This document shows, piece after piece, positions 9,440 through 19,551 of a stretch of DNA of 64,000 nucleotides. How positions within the stretch are numbered: the stretch's first letter is position 1; every line of letters begins with the position of its first letter. The stretch spans positions 32,001 through 96,000 of the forward strand of contig JBGCDR010000060.1 in NCBI GenBank assembly GCA_045105515.1, read 5' to 3'. Source of the DNA: Oligoflexales bacterium. GTDB lineage: Bacteria; Bdellovibrionota_B; Oligoflexia; Oligoflexales; Bog-1112. The position numbers and the translations under genes are program-made. The notes beneath the pieces are model-generated. The model searched no databases and was not told where the DNA came from. It was given only the letters and a program-made list of their open reading frames with translations.

Positions 9440-9537
9440 AAGTTTTTCCTTTCACAACTGTCATAGGAGTAAAACCCACCTATCCTATCAGGCACAGGCT
9501 TCAGTCCTTCTCCTAAAGAGAGGCTTAGTAAGTTGAG

Positions 9538-10584
9538 TCAAGTTCTGGCCAACACCTCACCCACCCCTAAATTCGCTTTATTACTGACGACCATCACCAA
9601 GTTTTTCCCAAGGCGCTTGCTTTGATACATAGTTTCATCAGCGAGCCTCAATAGTTTCTCTTTACTTCTTCCATGTTCAGGATAGCAGGCAACTCCTAAA
9701 GAACAAGTCAGTCTGATACGATGGCCATCCAATTCAAATATATTTTCGGCTATACGATTGCGGATACGTTCTGCGACTGCAACTCCAACATGAGTGTTAG
9801 TGCCCAAGAGCAAAATAACATACTCATCGCCTCCATACCTTATTATAGTATCAACTTCTCTCAGCTCTTCTTTCAGAATTTTTGCAAACTGTTTCAAGAC
9901 ACCACTACCGACTAAATGCCCAAAACGATCATTCACTTTTTTAAAATCATCAAGATCAATGAATAATAAACTAAAACTATTTTGGTACCGGCTTGCTCGT
10001 CTCAACTCGCTATCAAGGGCAACGTCTAGGTATCTGTAATTAAAAAGTCCCGTTAATTCATCTAAGTACAGCAAAGCTTGTGTTTGGTCTAACTTCCGAT
10101 ACCAAGCTGCTTCATTTTGCAGGAGTTGGATTAAGCAATCGAATTGATCTGGATTTTCACATTGCTCAGCTTCCCACAAACACAACCAGGAGTCTTGCCT
10201 TGGATTACCCAAGCAAACCCATTGCAAAGGTATATCTTTAAAACTAAGGTTCATACAACTGCTAGAAAATTCATCCTTACCAATTGCTATGCTCAGCAGT
10301 TCCTGAACACCCAATAAAAAATCCTGATCGAACTCACTTTGAGGCAAGGGGGAGCTAGCTCCAAAATTAACCGGTGCAAATGAATACCGGCCCCCCCGCA
10401 TACTAACTCTAAAACAAATATATTTTTTTACAGAATAAATCTCTCGCAGCTTTGCTAGAAAACATTTTATCAAACCAGAAATATTGTTTTCTGAACAAAA
10501 ATCACGAAAAATATCGCTGACAAACATATAAGTTTTTCCATCTTGTTGCAGCCTGCTAAAAGATGCTGCGGTAGGTTTTTCCAT
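9538..10584 (-). CDS. GGDEF-domain diguanylate cyclase
   Basis: DELTGLFN, DLDDFKKVND.FGHL.G, RxxD I-site (REVD) and RYGGDEY. Confidence 0.92.
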   Translation of the reverse strand: MEKPTAASFSRLQQDGKTYMFVSDIFRDFCSENNISGLIKCFLAKLREIYSVKKYICFRVSMRGGRYSFAPVNFGASSPLPQSEFDQDFLLGVQELLSIAIGKDEFSSSCMNLSFKDIPLQWVCLGNPRQDSWLCLWEAEQCENPDQFDCLIQLLQNEAAWYRKLDQTQALLYLDELTGLFNYRYLDVALDSELRRASRYQNSFSLLFIDLDDFKKVNDRFGHLVGSGVLKQFAKILKEELREVDTIIRYGGDEYVILLLGTNTHVGVAVAERIRNRIAENIFELDGHRIRLTCSLGVACYPEHGRSKEKLLRLADETMYQSKRLGKNLVMVVSNKANLGVGEVLART

Positions 10585-10596
10585 TTAACCCCCATA

Positions 10597-11475
10597 TTAA
10601 AAATAGAAAAAAAGCTCCTGGACTTGACGACTTAAAAACATATGTAGGAGAGCCCCAACCGCTAAAAAAGGTCCAAAAGGAATCTCAGATTTTAAGTTCA
10701 AACGCTTTTTTAATATCATAGCACTTACCCCGAAAAGTGACCCTAAAATAGAACCATAAAAGAATGTCGGGAAAATGGCTTGATAGCCTAACCAGCCACC
10801 TATAGCCGCAAGCAGCTTAGCATCCCCCATTCCAATCCCAGTTTCACCGCGCAGCAAATAATAGATCCGGTTGATCAAGATTACTGAGCCTCCTCCCAAT
10901 AAGACTCCAATAAGTCCACTTTTCCAGTCTAATTCGGGGTGAAGCCAAATGATAAGTGGAGTCAATAAGATCATGGGTATGCTAATTACATCGGGAATAA
11001 TTTTATGGTCTATATCGATAAAAGAACAAATCAAAAGCAAGGAAGTAAAAGAAAAAGCATGCAGAAATCTAAGTAAATTATTAAAATCGACAACCCTAAT
11101 TAGAGGAAAGTCGGACAAAAACGAAAACTTCCAGTAAATAAGACACAAACTCAAACCTGTAAGAAACTCTACTAATGGATAGCGAAGGGAAATCCGCATT
11201 TTACAGCAGTGAGCCCTTCCTCTTAGCCATAAATAACTAAAAATCGGAATGTTGTGCCAAGATGGAATGAGTGCGCCACAGCCAGGGCAATGAGATCTCC
11301 GAGAGTCCCAGAAACTCTCCCTGGGAATGCGATAGATACAAACATTATAAAAACTTCCTAATAGTAGACCTATTGTTCCAAGAATCCAGGAGATTGGTTG
11401 CATTAGATAAGCCTTAAATTGCCAAAGCATGATTTCACTCAAAGATTCTATCCTTTCCCAAGTACAATTTCTCAA
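10597..11475 (-). CDS. pilD: Prepilin peptidase/N-methyltransferase
   Basis: GSFYNVCIYRIP, SHCPGC, NIPIFSYL.LRG, FIDID, GMGDAKL and IPFGPFL. Start is probably near 11430. Confidence 0.95.
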   Translation of the reverse strand: MRNCTWERIESLSEIMLWQFKAYLMQPISWILGTIGLLLGSFYNVCIYRIPRESFWDSRRSHCPGCGALIPSWHNIPIFSYLWLRGRAHCCKMRISLRYPLVEFLTGLSLCLIYWKFSFLSDFPLIRVVDFNNLLRFLHAFSFTSLLLICSFIDIDHKIIPDVISIPMILLTPLIIWLHPELDWKSGLIGVLLGGGSVILINRIYYLLRGETGIGMGDAKLLAAIGGWLGYQAIFPTFFYGSILGSLFGVSAMILKKRLNLKSEIPFGPFLAVGALLHMFLSRQVQELFFYF

Positions 11476-11530
11476 TTAAAAACAGGAATACTCATGAAGG
11501 TAACGAAACCAAACAAGAGATGCCAAGTTT

Positions 11531-14002
11531 ATGACGCAAGATTCAATTTATAATAAATTAGACTGGAACCTCCTCATTGAAAAGCTGGCAAACTTTTGCC
11601 AAACCCAGGAAGGCCTTGAAAACACAAAGGAATATACTCCCAGTCTCAATCGAGAACAAATAACTTCGCGATGGTCTCGCGTCAGTCCCTTGAGAGAGCT
11701 TTTCTCTCAAGGATATCTAGCACCTATTGGGGAACTACGTCCAATTAGATCTTTAATAAAATCTGCGCAAGTAGGCCAGATTCTCGAGGGGAAGGATTTA
11801 AGGGAACTGTTCGACCTGCTCCAGGCGGTATCTAGAGTCCATCAATTTGCCAATGATTTTACGCCGCGCTGCTTAAGCTTGGATAGCTTCAAAAACTCTT
11901 TGCAACCTCTTGCCACTGTTCAAAAATCAATTGAAAAAGCGATCGATAAAGACGGTCAAGTTCTCGACAGCGCTTCAAGCGAACTTTCTAGTATACGCAA
12001 GCAAAAAACAAGCCTTGGTAGAAAGATCGAACAAAAGCTGAAATCTCTATTACATGACCAAAATTGGGAACTATATATACAGGACGACTTTTACACCATT
12101 CGTTCCGAAAGATATGTTCTACCGATAAAACTAGATGGACGAGGTCGAGTATCAGGAAATATCATAGATACTTCAGATAGCGGACAGACTCTATATATCG
12201 AACCTCTAGCAATTGCGGAGCTAAATCAAACACGCCAAGACTTAGAATTATCAGAAAAACTCGAAATGCTGCGCATTCTGAGAAGTCTAACCCAAAGTGT
12301 GGCCATGAATGCAGAAACCTTTGCCAATAATTATGAGCAGCTCATACTGCTTGATCAACTTTCGGCTGAAGCACGCTTTGCCTTTGAGCTAGGAGCTAGG
12401 TCGATAAACCTTTCCAGCAAACCCAAGGTTAAGTTGCTAAAAGCAAGACATCCGCTAATAACGGGTCCTCAAGGGCAAGCTCCTGTACCAAACCATATAG
12501 AACTAAGCCAGGAGCAAAGCGCCCTAATAATTTCTGGTCCTAATGCAGGTGGAAAAACGGTAGTTTTGAAAACTTTAGGTATGCTCTTGTTGATGGCCAA
12601 AACTGGCTTACTTATTCCAGCAGAAGAAGAATCAGAACTGTATCTATTTGAAAACTTATATATTGAAATGGGAGACTCTCAATCTCTTACAGCAAATCTT
12701 TCAACCTTTTCTGGGCATATTCAGGGATTGATGCCAATCATAAATCACGCAGGGCCTACTGACTTGGTACTCTTGGATGAGCTTGCAGTAGGAACAGAGC
12801 CAGCCACCGGTGCCGCAATCGCACAAGCAGTCATTGAACGCCTAGTCCAAAGAGAAACGACCCTTCTAGTCACAACTCACTACGATAACCTCAAAGGCTT
12901 AGCTCTTAAAAATAAAAAGTTCCGCAATGCATCTATGGAGTATTCCTTAAGCAACTTCAAGCCAACCTATCAATTGATTCTTGATATACCAGGTCAAAGT
13001 TATGGACTAGAGCTGGCTCAACAGATTGGAGTTCCAGAGCAAATTATCAAGAGAGCTATAGAGCTTCGTGGCAGCTCAGTCTCAGACCTGGATGAGGCGA
13101 TCAATCAGCTTATGAAGGCACGCGAAGAATCCCAAAAAACCAAGGCGCAGTTCGAGTCAAAAATCGATGAGGCTGAAGCATCAAAAGCCCGCTGGAGCCA
13201 TGAAGTAACGCTTATCGAAGAAACTAGGCAAAATGCCGCTAAAAGCCTAAAAACAAAGTATGATAAGGAGCTGGCTGAGATCAGAGAGCGATTTGAATTA
13301 ACTATTAAGGATATGCGACTTGAGCTTAAACAACTAAGATCCGGGTCAAATATCAATACCGACAAACAACTCGAAGAACTTGCAGCACATAAGAAGCAAG
13401 CAAAGGCCCAAATAGAAACTTACCAGCGCACAATTGGCGACTTAAATCAGCACCAAAAAAGTCTTAAATTACCTGGCAAAGTCGTTGAATTTAATGAGTT
13501 AGGGATTGGAGATCATGTGTTCATTGTGCCATTAGGGCAACAAGGCAAGGTTGTCAGGCTTAACCCCAACCAAAGTGAAAAAGTCGAGGTGGAAGCTGGA
13601 TTATTGAGCCTCAAAGCTGATTTCAAAGACCTTAGAAAAATATCAGGGAATAAGCCTCTACAAGCCAAAAAAAACCAACAAAGAAGTGGCTCAAAAAAGA
13701 AGCGAGTAACCAGTGGAGCCGGACGTGAGGGACCAGAGTTGGTGATCCAAACCAGCACCAACACTATAGATTTAAGAGGCTGCCAACTGGAAGATGCATT
13801 GCAAAAAACTTGGCGATTCATAGATGCTGCAGTTCTAAGAGGAGAAAAGCAAGTTATTCTAATACATGGCCATGGCACTGACTCTCTAAAACAAGGAATT
13901 CGAAATGCATTAAATAATGAGAGGCCTTACGAGCTCAAATTTCAGGCAGGTGATAGATATTGTGGTGGTGATGGCGTTACGGTAGTATACTTTGAAGATT
14001 AA
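11531..14002 (+). CDS. mutS2: Endonuclease MutS2 (RqcU)
   Basis: Walker A GPNAGGKT, LSTFSGH, LLDE..GTEP, TTHY, coiled coil, KOW and Smr domain (IDLRG, IHGHGT). Confidence 0.95.
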   Translation: MTQDSIYNKLDWNLLIEKLANFCQTQEGLENTKEYTPSLNREQITSRWSRVSPLRELFSQGYLAPIGELRPIRSLIKSAQVGQILEGKDLRELFDLLQAVSRVHQFANDFTPRCLSLDSFKNSLQPLATVQKSIEKAIDKDGQVLDSASSELSSIRKQKTSLGRKIEQKLKSLLHDQNWELYIQDDFYTIRSERYVLPIKLDGRGRVSGNIIDTSDSGQTLYIEPLAIAELNQTRQDLELSEKLEMLRILRSLTQSVAMNAETFANNYEQLILLDQLSAEARFAFELGARSINLSSKPKVKLLKARHPLITGPQGQAPVPNHIELSQEQSALIISGPNAGGKTVVLKTLGMLLLMAKTGLLIPAEEESELYLFENLYIEMGDSQSLTANLSTFSGHIQGLMPIINHAGPTDLVLLDELAVGTEPATGAAIAQAVIERLVQRETTLLVTTHYDNLKGLALKNKKFRNASMEYSLSNFKPTYQLILDIPGQSYGLELAQQIGVPEQIIKRAIELRGSSVSDLDEAINQLMKAREESQKTKAQFESKIDEAEASKARWSHEVTLIEETRQNAAKSLKTKYDKELAEIRERFELTIKDMRLELKQLRSGSNINTDKQLEELAAHKKQAKAQIETYQRTIGDLNQHQKSLKLPGKVVEFNELGIGDHVFIVPLGQQGKVVRLNPNQSEKVEVEAGLLSLKADFKDLRKISGNKPLQAKKNQQRSGSKKKRVTSGAGREGPELVIQTSTNTIDLRGCQLEDALQKTWRFIDAAVLRGEKQVILIHGHGTDSLKQGIRNALNNERPYELKFQAGDRYCGGDGVTVVYFED

Positions 14003-14057
14003 TGAAGAAAAAATAGTCCTTTAGCTAAAAGCCAAGGCCCAGTGCTTACCCAGTTGT

Positions 14058-14268
14058 TTTCTCCGCGCTTCTTTTGACTAGAGGAAAGCCAGTGGTATAT
14101 TAACCGTGGCTTAGACCAAGGGCTCCGAGCAAGATCTAAATTGTAGCTGTTACCTTCCGATACTCTGATCAAGCTGGGAGGGTTTAAATGACCCACTCGT
14201 AACTCATCCACAATGTATATCCATCGTCAGGATAACATAGGTGAGGACACGCGCTTATGGTGGAGAAA
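14058..14268 (+). ncRNA. Candidate ~210-nt multibranch structured RNA (leader or sRNA) of unknown family
   Basis: Nested stems: TTTCTCCGC/GTGGAGAAA, TTTTGAC/GTCAGGA, AAGCCA/TGGCTT, ATTGT/ACAAT plus GTTAC/GTAAC, CTTCC/GGGAG, GGGT/ACCC and CATAGGTG/CGCTTATG. Confidence 0.45.
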
Positions 14269-14308
14269 GGCTATTAAGGCGAGCACGCAAATCTAATGAG
14301 GTTATAAG

Positions 14309-16723
14309 ATGCAAAATAACACAGTTCCTCTTACCCCTCTCCCGCTCCCTAAAGAAGAAATCATTAAGGATTACCGCATAGGTTTTTTAAGCAGGCAGGC
14401 GAGCTTAGTTGGCCGGAAGATAGTGCTTGGAGGTAAAGCAAAATTCGGCATTTTTGGCGATGGTAAAGAAGTTGCCCAACTTGCAATGGCTAGAGCCTTC
14501 AAAAATGGTGACTGGCGGTCGGGATACTACAGAGACCAAACCTTCATGTTAGCCATAGGGCAGTGCACAGTTAAACAATTTTTTGCCCAACTATATGCCG
14601 ATGCATCGTCTAATAATGATCCCGCGTCTGCTGGAAGGCAAATGAATAGCCACTTCTCCACATCTTACCTTGACAAGCATGGATTATGGCTTAACCAAAC
14701 CAAAACCAAAAACTCTTCTGCAGATATTTCTCCAACAGCGGGACAAATGGCTAGATTATTAGGTTTAGCTTACGCGTCAAAACTTTATCGGAAATCCAAT
14801 GCAATTAAGTCATGGACAAAAGCTAATAATTTCTCACACAAAGGAAACGAGGTTGCATTCGGCACCATAGGAAATGCCTCTACTAGTGAAGGATTATTTT
14901 GGGAAAGCCTGAATGCTGCAGGAGTGTTGCAAGTTCCGATGGCTCTTTCCATTTGGGATGACGGCTACGGTATTTCAGTACCCAATGAATATCAAACAAC
15001 GAAGGGTGATTTATCAAAAGTTTTAGTGGGTTTTGCAGATGAAGCGAAACATCCAGGAATTTCCTTGTACCAGTGTGCTGGCTTTGATTATCAAAACCTT
15101 CTCGCCACCTATTCGAAAGCGATTGAACGCTGCCGATTGACCCATACCCCTTGCATAGTTCATATAACACAGCTTACCCAGCCGCAAGGACACTCAACGA
15201 GTGGCAGCCATGAACGATACAAATCTGCTGAGCGTCTCGAATATGAACAAGAATTTGACTGCCTAGTCCATATGAAACAATGGATGATACTAAAAGAGGT
15301 TTGTACTGAGCAAGAGCTTGCCATTTTAGAGGCAGAAGTCATCGATGAAGTGGAAAATTTAAAAGATGAAGCCTGGAACGATTTTTGTAAACCAATTCAA
15401 AAGGAGAGAGATTCTGCTATAAGCCTCATTGAAAAAGCTAATCACACTTTTTCACTTCCAGACTTGGAGAAAATAGTATCCGACCTTAGTAAAATAACTT
15501 TCCCACTTAGAAAGCATATTCAATCGGCTCTATCAGATACTGTAATGCTACTCAGAAACCAAAAATCTGAAGATCTAATCCCCATCATTTCTGCTTACCG
15601 AGAGTACAAACAAGCGAATAGATCTATTTATAGCGACCATCTTTTTAGCGAAAACAATGGTTTAAGCAAGATAAATCAATATGTAAAACCTAGGTATGAT
15701 TCTAACTCCATCAATATTGACGGAAGACAAATTATCCTAAAGTACTTTGAGTATACCCTAGCTCATATGCCTCAGAGTTTCATTATCGGTGAAGATGTTG
15801 GAGTGCTTGGTGGAGTAAACCTCGAATTTGAAGGCCTCCATGCAAAGTTCGGTGAACATCAAATATCCGACACCGGCATAAGAGAAGCAACCATTTTAGG
15901 CCAAGGAATCGGCGCTGCCATGCGTGGTCTTAAACCGATCGTCGATATTCAGTATCTCGATTACCTAATCTATGCTCTCCAAGGACTAAGTGATGATCTT
16001 GCTACCCTCCATTATCGATCTGCTGGACAGCAATCAGCTCCTGTAATCATTCGTACGAAAGGACATAGACTAGAAGGAATTTGGCACACCGGCTCTCCAA
16101 TTGGAATGCTTCTTGGCTCAATAAGAGGTATTCATCTTTGTGTACCTAGAAACTGTGTACAAGCGACAGGAATGTATCAAACTTTATTAATGCAAGATGA
16201 TCCAGCCATAGTTATCGAGGTTTTAAATGGTTATCGGGTAAAGGAACAGTGCCCGAACAATATTGGTGAATATTCTATTCCACTGGGTAAGGTCGAGGTG
16301 CTTAGCGAAGGAACTGACGTAAGTATTGTAACTTACGGTGCCAATATCAGAATTGCTATGCAAGCGATGAAGAAGTTAAAACTTATAGATATTTCCATTG
16401 AACTGATAGATGTGCAAACATTGCTTCCCTTTGATCTCGACCATCAAATTGCAAATTCTTTAAAGAAAACTAATGCTGTTCTATTCTTGGATGAAGATGT
16501 ACCTGGAGGAAGCAGTGCTTATATGATGCAACAAGTTCTAGAAAACCAAGGTGCGTACGAATACCTGGATGCTCCTCCACGAACTCTGAGCGCTAAAGAT
16601 CATAGAGCAGCATATGGCTCTGATGGAGATTATTTTTCAAAACCAAATATAGAGGATATTGTGCACACTATTTATGAAATGATGCATGAACGTTTTCCAA
16701 GCAAATATCCCACTCAACTATAA
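14309..16723 (+). CDS. 2-oxoacid (branched-chain) dehydrogenase E1, fused alpha/beta
   Basis: KFGIFGDGKE, WRSGYYRDQT, GRQMNSHF, TIGNASTSEG (TPP binding), GHSTSGSH, GEDVG, DTGIREATI and C-terminal transketolase-like domain. Confidence 0.92.
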   Translation: MQNNTVPLTPLPLPKEEIIKDYRIGFLSRQASLVGRKIVLGGKAKFGIFGDGKEVAQLAMARAFKNGDWRSGYYRDQTFMLAIGQCTVKQFFAQLYADASSNNDPASAGRQMNSHFSTSYLDKHGLWLNQTKTKNSSADISPTAGQMARLLGLAYASKLYRKSNAIKSWTKANNFSHKGNEVAFGTIGNASTSEGLFWESLNAAGVLQVPMALSIWDDGYGISVPNEYQTTKGDLSKVLVGFADEAKHPGISLYQCAGFDYQNLLATYSKAIERCRLTHTPCIVHITQLTQPQGHSTSGSHERYKSAERLEYEQEFDCLVHMKQWMILKEVCTEQELAILEAEVIDEVENLKDEAWNDFCKPIQKERDSAISLIEKANHTFSLPDLEKIVSDLSKITFPLRKHIQSALSDTVMLLRNQKSEDLIPIISAYREYKQANRSIYSDHLFSENNGLSKINQYVKPRYDSNSINIDGRQIILKYFEYTLAHMPQSFIIGEDVGVLGGVNLEFEGLHAKFGEHQISDTGIREATILGQGIGAAMRGLKPIVDIQYLDYLIYALQGLSDDLATLHYRSAGQQSAPVIIRTKGHRLEGIWHTGSPIGMLLGSIRGIHLCVPRNCVQATGMYQTLLMQDDPAIVIEVLNGYRVKEQCPNNIGEYSIPLGKVEVLSEGTDVSIVTYGANIRIAMQAMKKLKLIDISIELIDVQTLLPFDLDHQIANSLKKTNAVLFLDEDVPGGSSAYMMQQVLENQGAYEYLDAPPRTLSAKDHRAAYGSDGDYFSKPNIEDIVHTIYEMMHERFPSKYPTQL

Positions 16724-16921
16724 GCTTAAAAATTCAAAAAAAATCGTAATTTTGCCTATACTACAGGCTAGTCGACCGAGAACCCAAAGCAGTCAACAGA
16801 CCTTGAAAAAAAAGTAGGCAGGTTTTACCCCTCTGAATATATTGCTTCCTTATTCCACAGATGAAACAATATCCATAGGTATGTATACCCAAATATACAA
16901 ATGTTTATATATTGGTTGCCT

Positions 16922-17983
16922 ATGTTTAAATTTCCACCTATCGCTGTCGATATCGGATCATCTGCTATAAAGATTGTAGAGATATCTGGCACAAACAAAA
17001 AAAAGCTACGAAGCGTTGGTATCGAACTTGTACCAGAGGGAACAATTAGCGATGGCATGATTTCAGACATACCTACAGCTCAACAAGCCTTAAAAAGGCT
17101 CATAAAGCGCCTTCGCATTAGTACACTACGCAGAAGGGCCTGTCTTTCTTTAGGTGGTAGTTCGGTAATCATCAAAAAAGTTAGCTTTCCAAACAAAGAT
17201 GAAGACGAATTAGCTGATATGGTGGAAGCTGAGGCAGAACAACATTTTCAGCACGATCTTGACGATTTGCACTATGACTGGCACGCATTAGAAGCCCAAC
17301 CAAATCAACAAGATCGATCAGTAGTCTTAATAGGGGCAAAAAGAGAAATTGTTGACCAACATATTGAAGTTGCTAAAGCTATTGGACTCAGGATTGCTGT
17401 CATAGAATGTGATGTTTTTGCCCTGTTCAATATGTTTGAATATAACTTTGGAACAGTTCCAGGCTTGATTGCGCTCACTAATATTGGCGCCACTTCTTCT
17501 CAAGTTTCTCTAATTGGAAATGGTCAATATCTTTTTACTCGTGATATCGCAATTGCTGGAGACAACTACACTAAAGCTCTATCTTCAGCATTGAATATTG
17601 CTCCTGAAAATGCTGAAGCTGTAAAAATTGCAGCTAGTGAGGGTGGAGCTTCTGTAACTCCCGAAATCCAAAAAGTAATTGCCGAGATCAATCAACAACT
17701 AGTATCTGAACTTCAAGTTACAACTGATTTCTTTTTTCAAAGTGGTGAAGCTCCTTTAGATTTAAATGCACTATCCGCAATTTTTCTTACTGGCGGAGCT
17801 TCAAGAACAATTGGACTGGACTCTGCAATATCTTCTGCAATGAATATTCCGGTAAATATCATAAATCCATTTCATAAAGTTGAAATTCCCAGCAAATTTC
17901 CAATGGAAAGCATCCTAAGCCAAGGACACTTATATGGTATAGGAGTTGGGCTTGCTCTCAGAGAGGTAGAAGACAATATTTAG
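16922..17983 (+). CDS. pilM: Type IV pilus assembly protein PilM
   Basis: Actin-like fold motifs VDIGSSAIK, VIIKK, NIGA..S and IFLTGG; first gene of pilMNOPQ. Confidence 0.93.
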   Translation: MFKFPPIAVDIGSSAIKIVEISGTNKKKLRSVGIELVPEGTISDGMISDIPTAQQALKRLIKRLRISTLRRRACLSLGGSSVIIKKVSFPNKDEDELADMVEAEAEQHFQHDLDDLHYDWHALEAQPNQQDRSVVLIGAKREIVDQHIEVAKAIGLRIAVIECDVFALFNMFEYNFGTVPGLIALTNIGATSSQVSLIGNGQYLFTRDIAIAGDNYTKALSSALNIAPENAEAVKIAASEGGASVTPEIQKVIAEINQQLVSELQVTTDFFFQSGEAPLDLNALSAIFLTGGASRTIGLDSAISSAMNIPVNIINPFHKVEIPSKFPMESILSQGHLYGIGVGLALREVEDNI

Positions 17984-18013
17984 GAGAATTACCGCCAATA
18001 AGGTAAATGCATT

Positions 18014-18769
18014 TTGATAAATATTAATCTTTCTCCAATTGAAGAACGTGAAAACAAGCTATGGTTCCTTCCAGATGTAATCTTATTTTGCCTAATTACG
18101 TTTGGTGGATATGCTGCAGCCACCTTTTATTTAGGCCAAATTGAAGATGAAATTATTAGAACCAATGTGGAAAGGCAAGAGCTAGAAAAAAGCTATCGTA
18201 GACTCAAACCTGATTTAGAAAGATTTGCGCAGCTCAATAAGGAAGTTGAACAGCTAAAGAAAAAACTCAATTCTCTAAAACAGATTACTGTTTCAAAGAT
18301 TGCCAGATACAAACCAATAATTCTTCTTGAACATTTACAAAACCTAAAACCAGATGGAGTATGGTTTACCTTCTTAAAAGATGAGTCACAAGACAATATT
18401 ATACGACTTACTGGTCGGTCATTTGACAATCTTTTAGTTGCTGAATTTATGTCTGCATTGTTAGCCACGCGTCTTCAAGAGGTCGATTCTAGCGACATTA
18501 GAACCCAAGTATTCTTTTCAGCTGCAAACTTAGGGAGAGTCGCAATTGCAGATGCTAGAGCGAACCAAGTACAAACACAAAGATCTGATGAAGAATACAG
18601 AGCTTTTATTGCTACTCAAGATAATAAACTCGCTGAAGGTGCACCAAGTAGTTCAGGTGGAGGTTCAAGCTCTAGCGCTTTTCCCGAAATGGATAAATTC
18701 CCATCTTTTGAATTGAGTCTTCAATATCAAGAAAGAGGCAGCTTAGCAGATGAATCTATTGAAAATTAA
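18014..18769 (+). CDS. pilN: Type IV pilus assembly protein PilN
   Basis: MININL.P motif, TM helix, coiled coil, PDGVW and VAEFM. Confidence 0.88.
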   Translation: MININLSPIEERENKLWFLPDVILFCLITFGGYAAATFYLGQIEDEIIRTNVERQELEKSYRRLKPDLERFAQLNKEVEQLKKKLNSLKQITVSKIARYKPIILLEHLQNLKPDGVWFTFLKDESQDNIIRLTGRSFDNLLVAEFMSALLATRLQEVDSSDIRTQVFFSAANLGRVAIADARANQVQTQRSDEEYRAFIATQDNKLAEGAPSSSGGGSSSSAFPEMDKFPSFELSLQYQERGSLADESIEN

Positions 18770-18791
18770 TTTGAGCTTGGAAAATTAAAAA

Positions 18792-19523
18792 ATGGATCTG
18801 GAAACAATAAAAACAGGCTATAGACAGCTAGCTATAATTAAAAAGCTTGTAATTATAACCGTGATTGGCGTAACTCCAGGAAGTTGTAAATTTTTTGAAG
18901 AGGGCCCTCTACTTAGAGATGACCTTGAGAGAGCTACTAATTCACGTGATGCCGCAAAGCTAAAATTTAAGAAAGCTGCAGAACAAAAAGAAAACCTCCC
19001 AAAGCTTGAAGAAAAGCTAGCTTATACCGAGGACGAATTACAAAAAGCTAGCAATAAATTACCAGACGAATTTATTATGGGAAAGATATTACAAAAAACT
19101 TCTATGATTGCCCAAGATGTGGGCATAGAACTAAGGTTATTTCAACCAGGACAAGGGGTACCTGCAGGGACAGTTTTTAAATATGTAGAGCTTCCTATTG
19201 CTTTACAAATAATTGGAACATATGGGCAAATAGCTACTTTTTTTGACCGAGTTGTCCACTTAGACCTTCTAGTTCACGTAAAAAATATTGAATTATCATT
19301 AGCGGGAAACTTAGATGCCAGTAGTTCTGAAAAAGCTGCACAACAGATCAAGGATAAAGACCTGCAAACGGAAGCAATTCAACGAGCTAGACGTGAAAAT
19401 GCAAAAATAATGGGTAGCGCAAACATGATAATTTTCAGAACTTTAAGTCGTCAGGAAGAGCTCGCCCTAGAAGCAGCAGCTCAGAAGAGCGCAAAAAAGA
19501 ATAAGAAAAGTGGCAAGAAATAA
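18792..19523 (+). CDS. pilO: Type IV pilus assembly protein PilO
   Basis: Coiled coil, KLP, F.P and Y.ELPI....G.Y..IA.FFD motifs; operon position. Confidence 0.88.
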   Translation: MDLETIKTGYRQLAIIKKLVIITVIGVTPGSCKFFEEGPLLRDDLERATNSRDAAKLKFKKAAEQKENLPKLEEKLAYTEDELQKASNKLPDEFIMGKILQKTSMIAQDVGIELRLFQPGQGVPAGTVFKYVELPIALQIIGTYGQIATFFDRVVHLDLLVHVKNIELSLAGNLDASSSEKAAQQIKDKDLQTEAIQRARRENAKIMGSANMIIFRTLSRQEELALEAAAQKSAKKNKKSGKK

Positions 19524-19551
19524 AATATTTTAGCCAAAATTTAGGACCACT

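Noticed and set aside
13999..14211. 70-aa minus-strand ORF
   Set aside because: No SD or recognisable motifs; it overlaps the structured element and a terminator-like hairpin.
14058..14268. RNase P RNA (GAGGAAAG near the 5' end, GCTTAT before the closing stem)
   Set aside because: No GUCCGGG/CCCGGCUU P4 pairing, no CR II-IV motifs, no room for P3, and too short.
14258..14300. tmRNA or tRNA 3' end (CTCCACCA on the minus strand)
   Set aside because: No preceding T-loop (GTTCGA) and no matching acceptor 5' strand.
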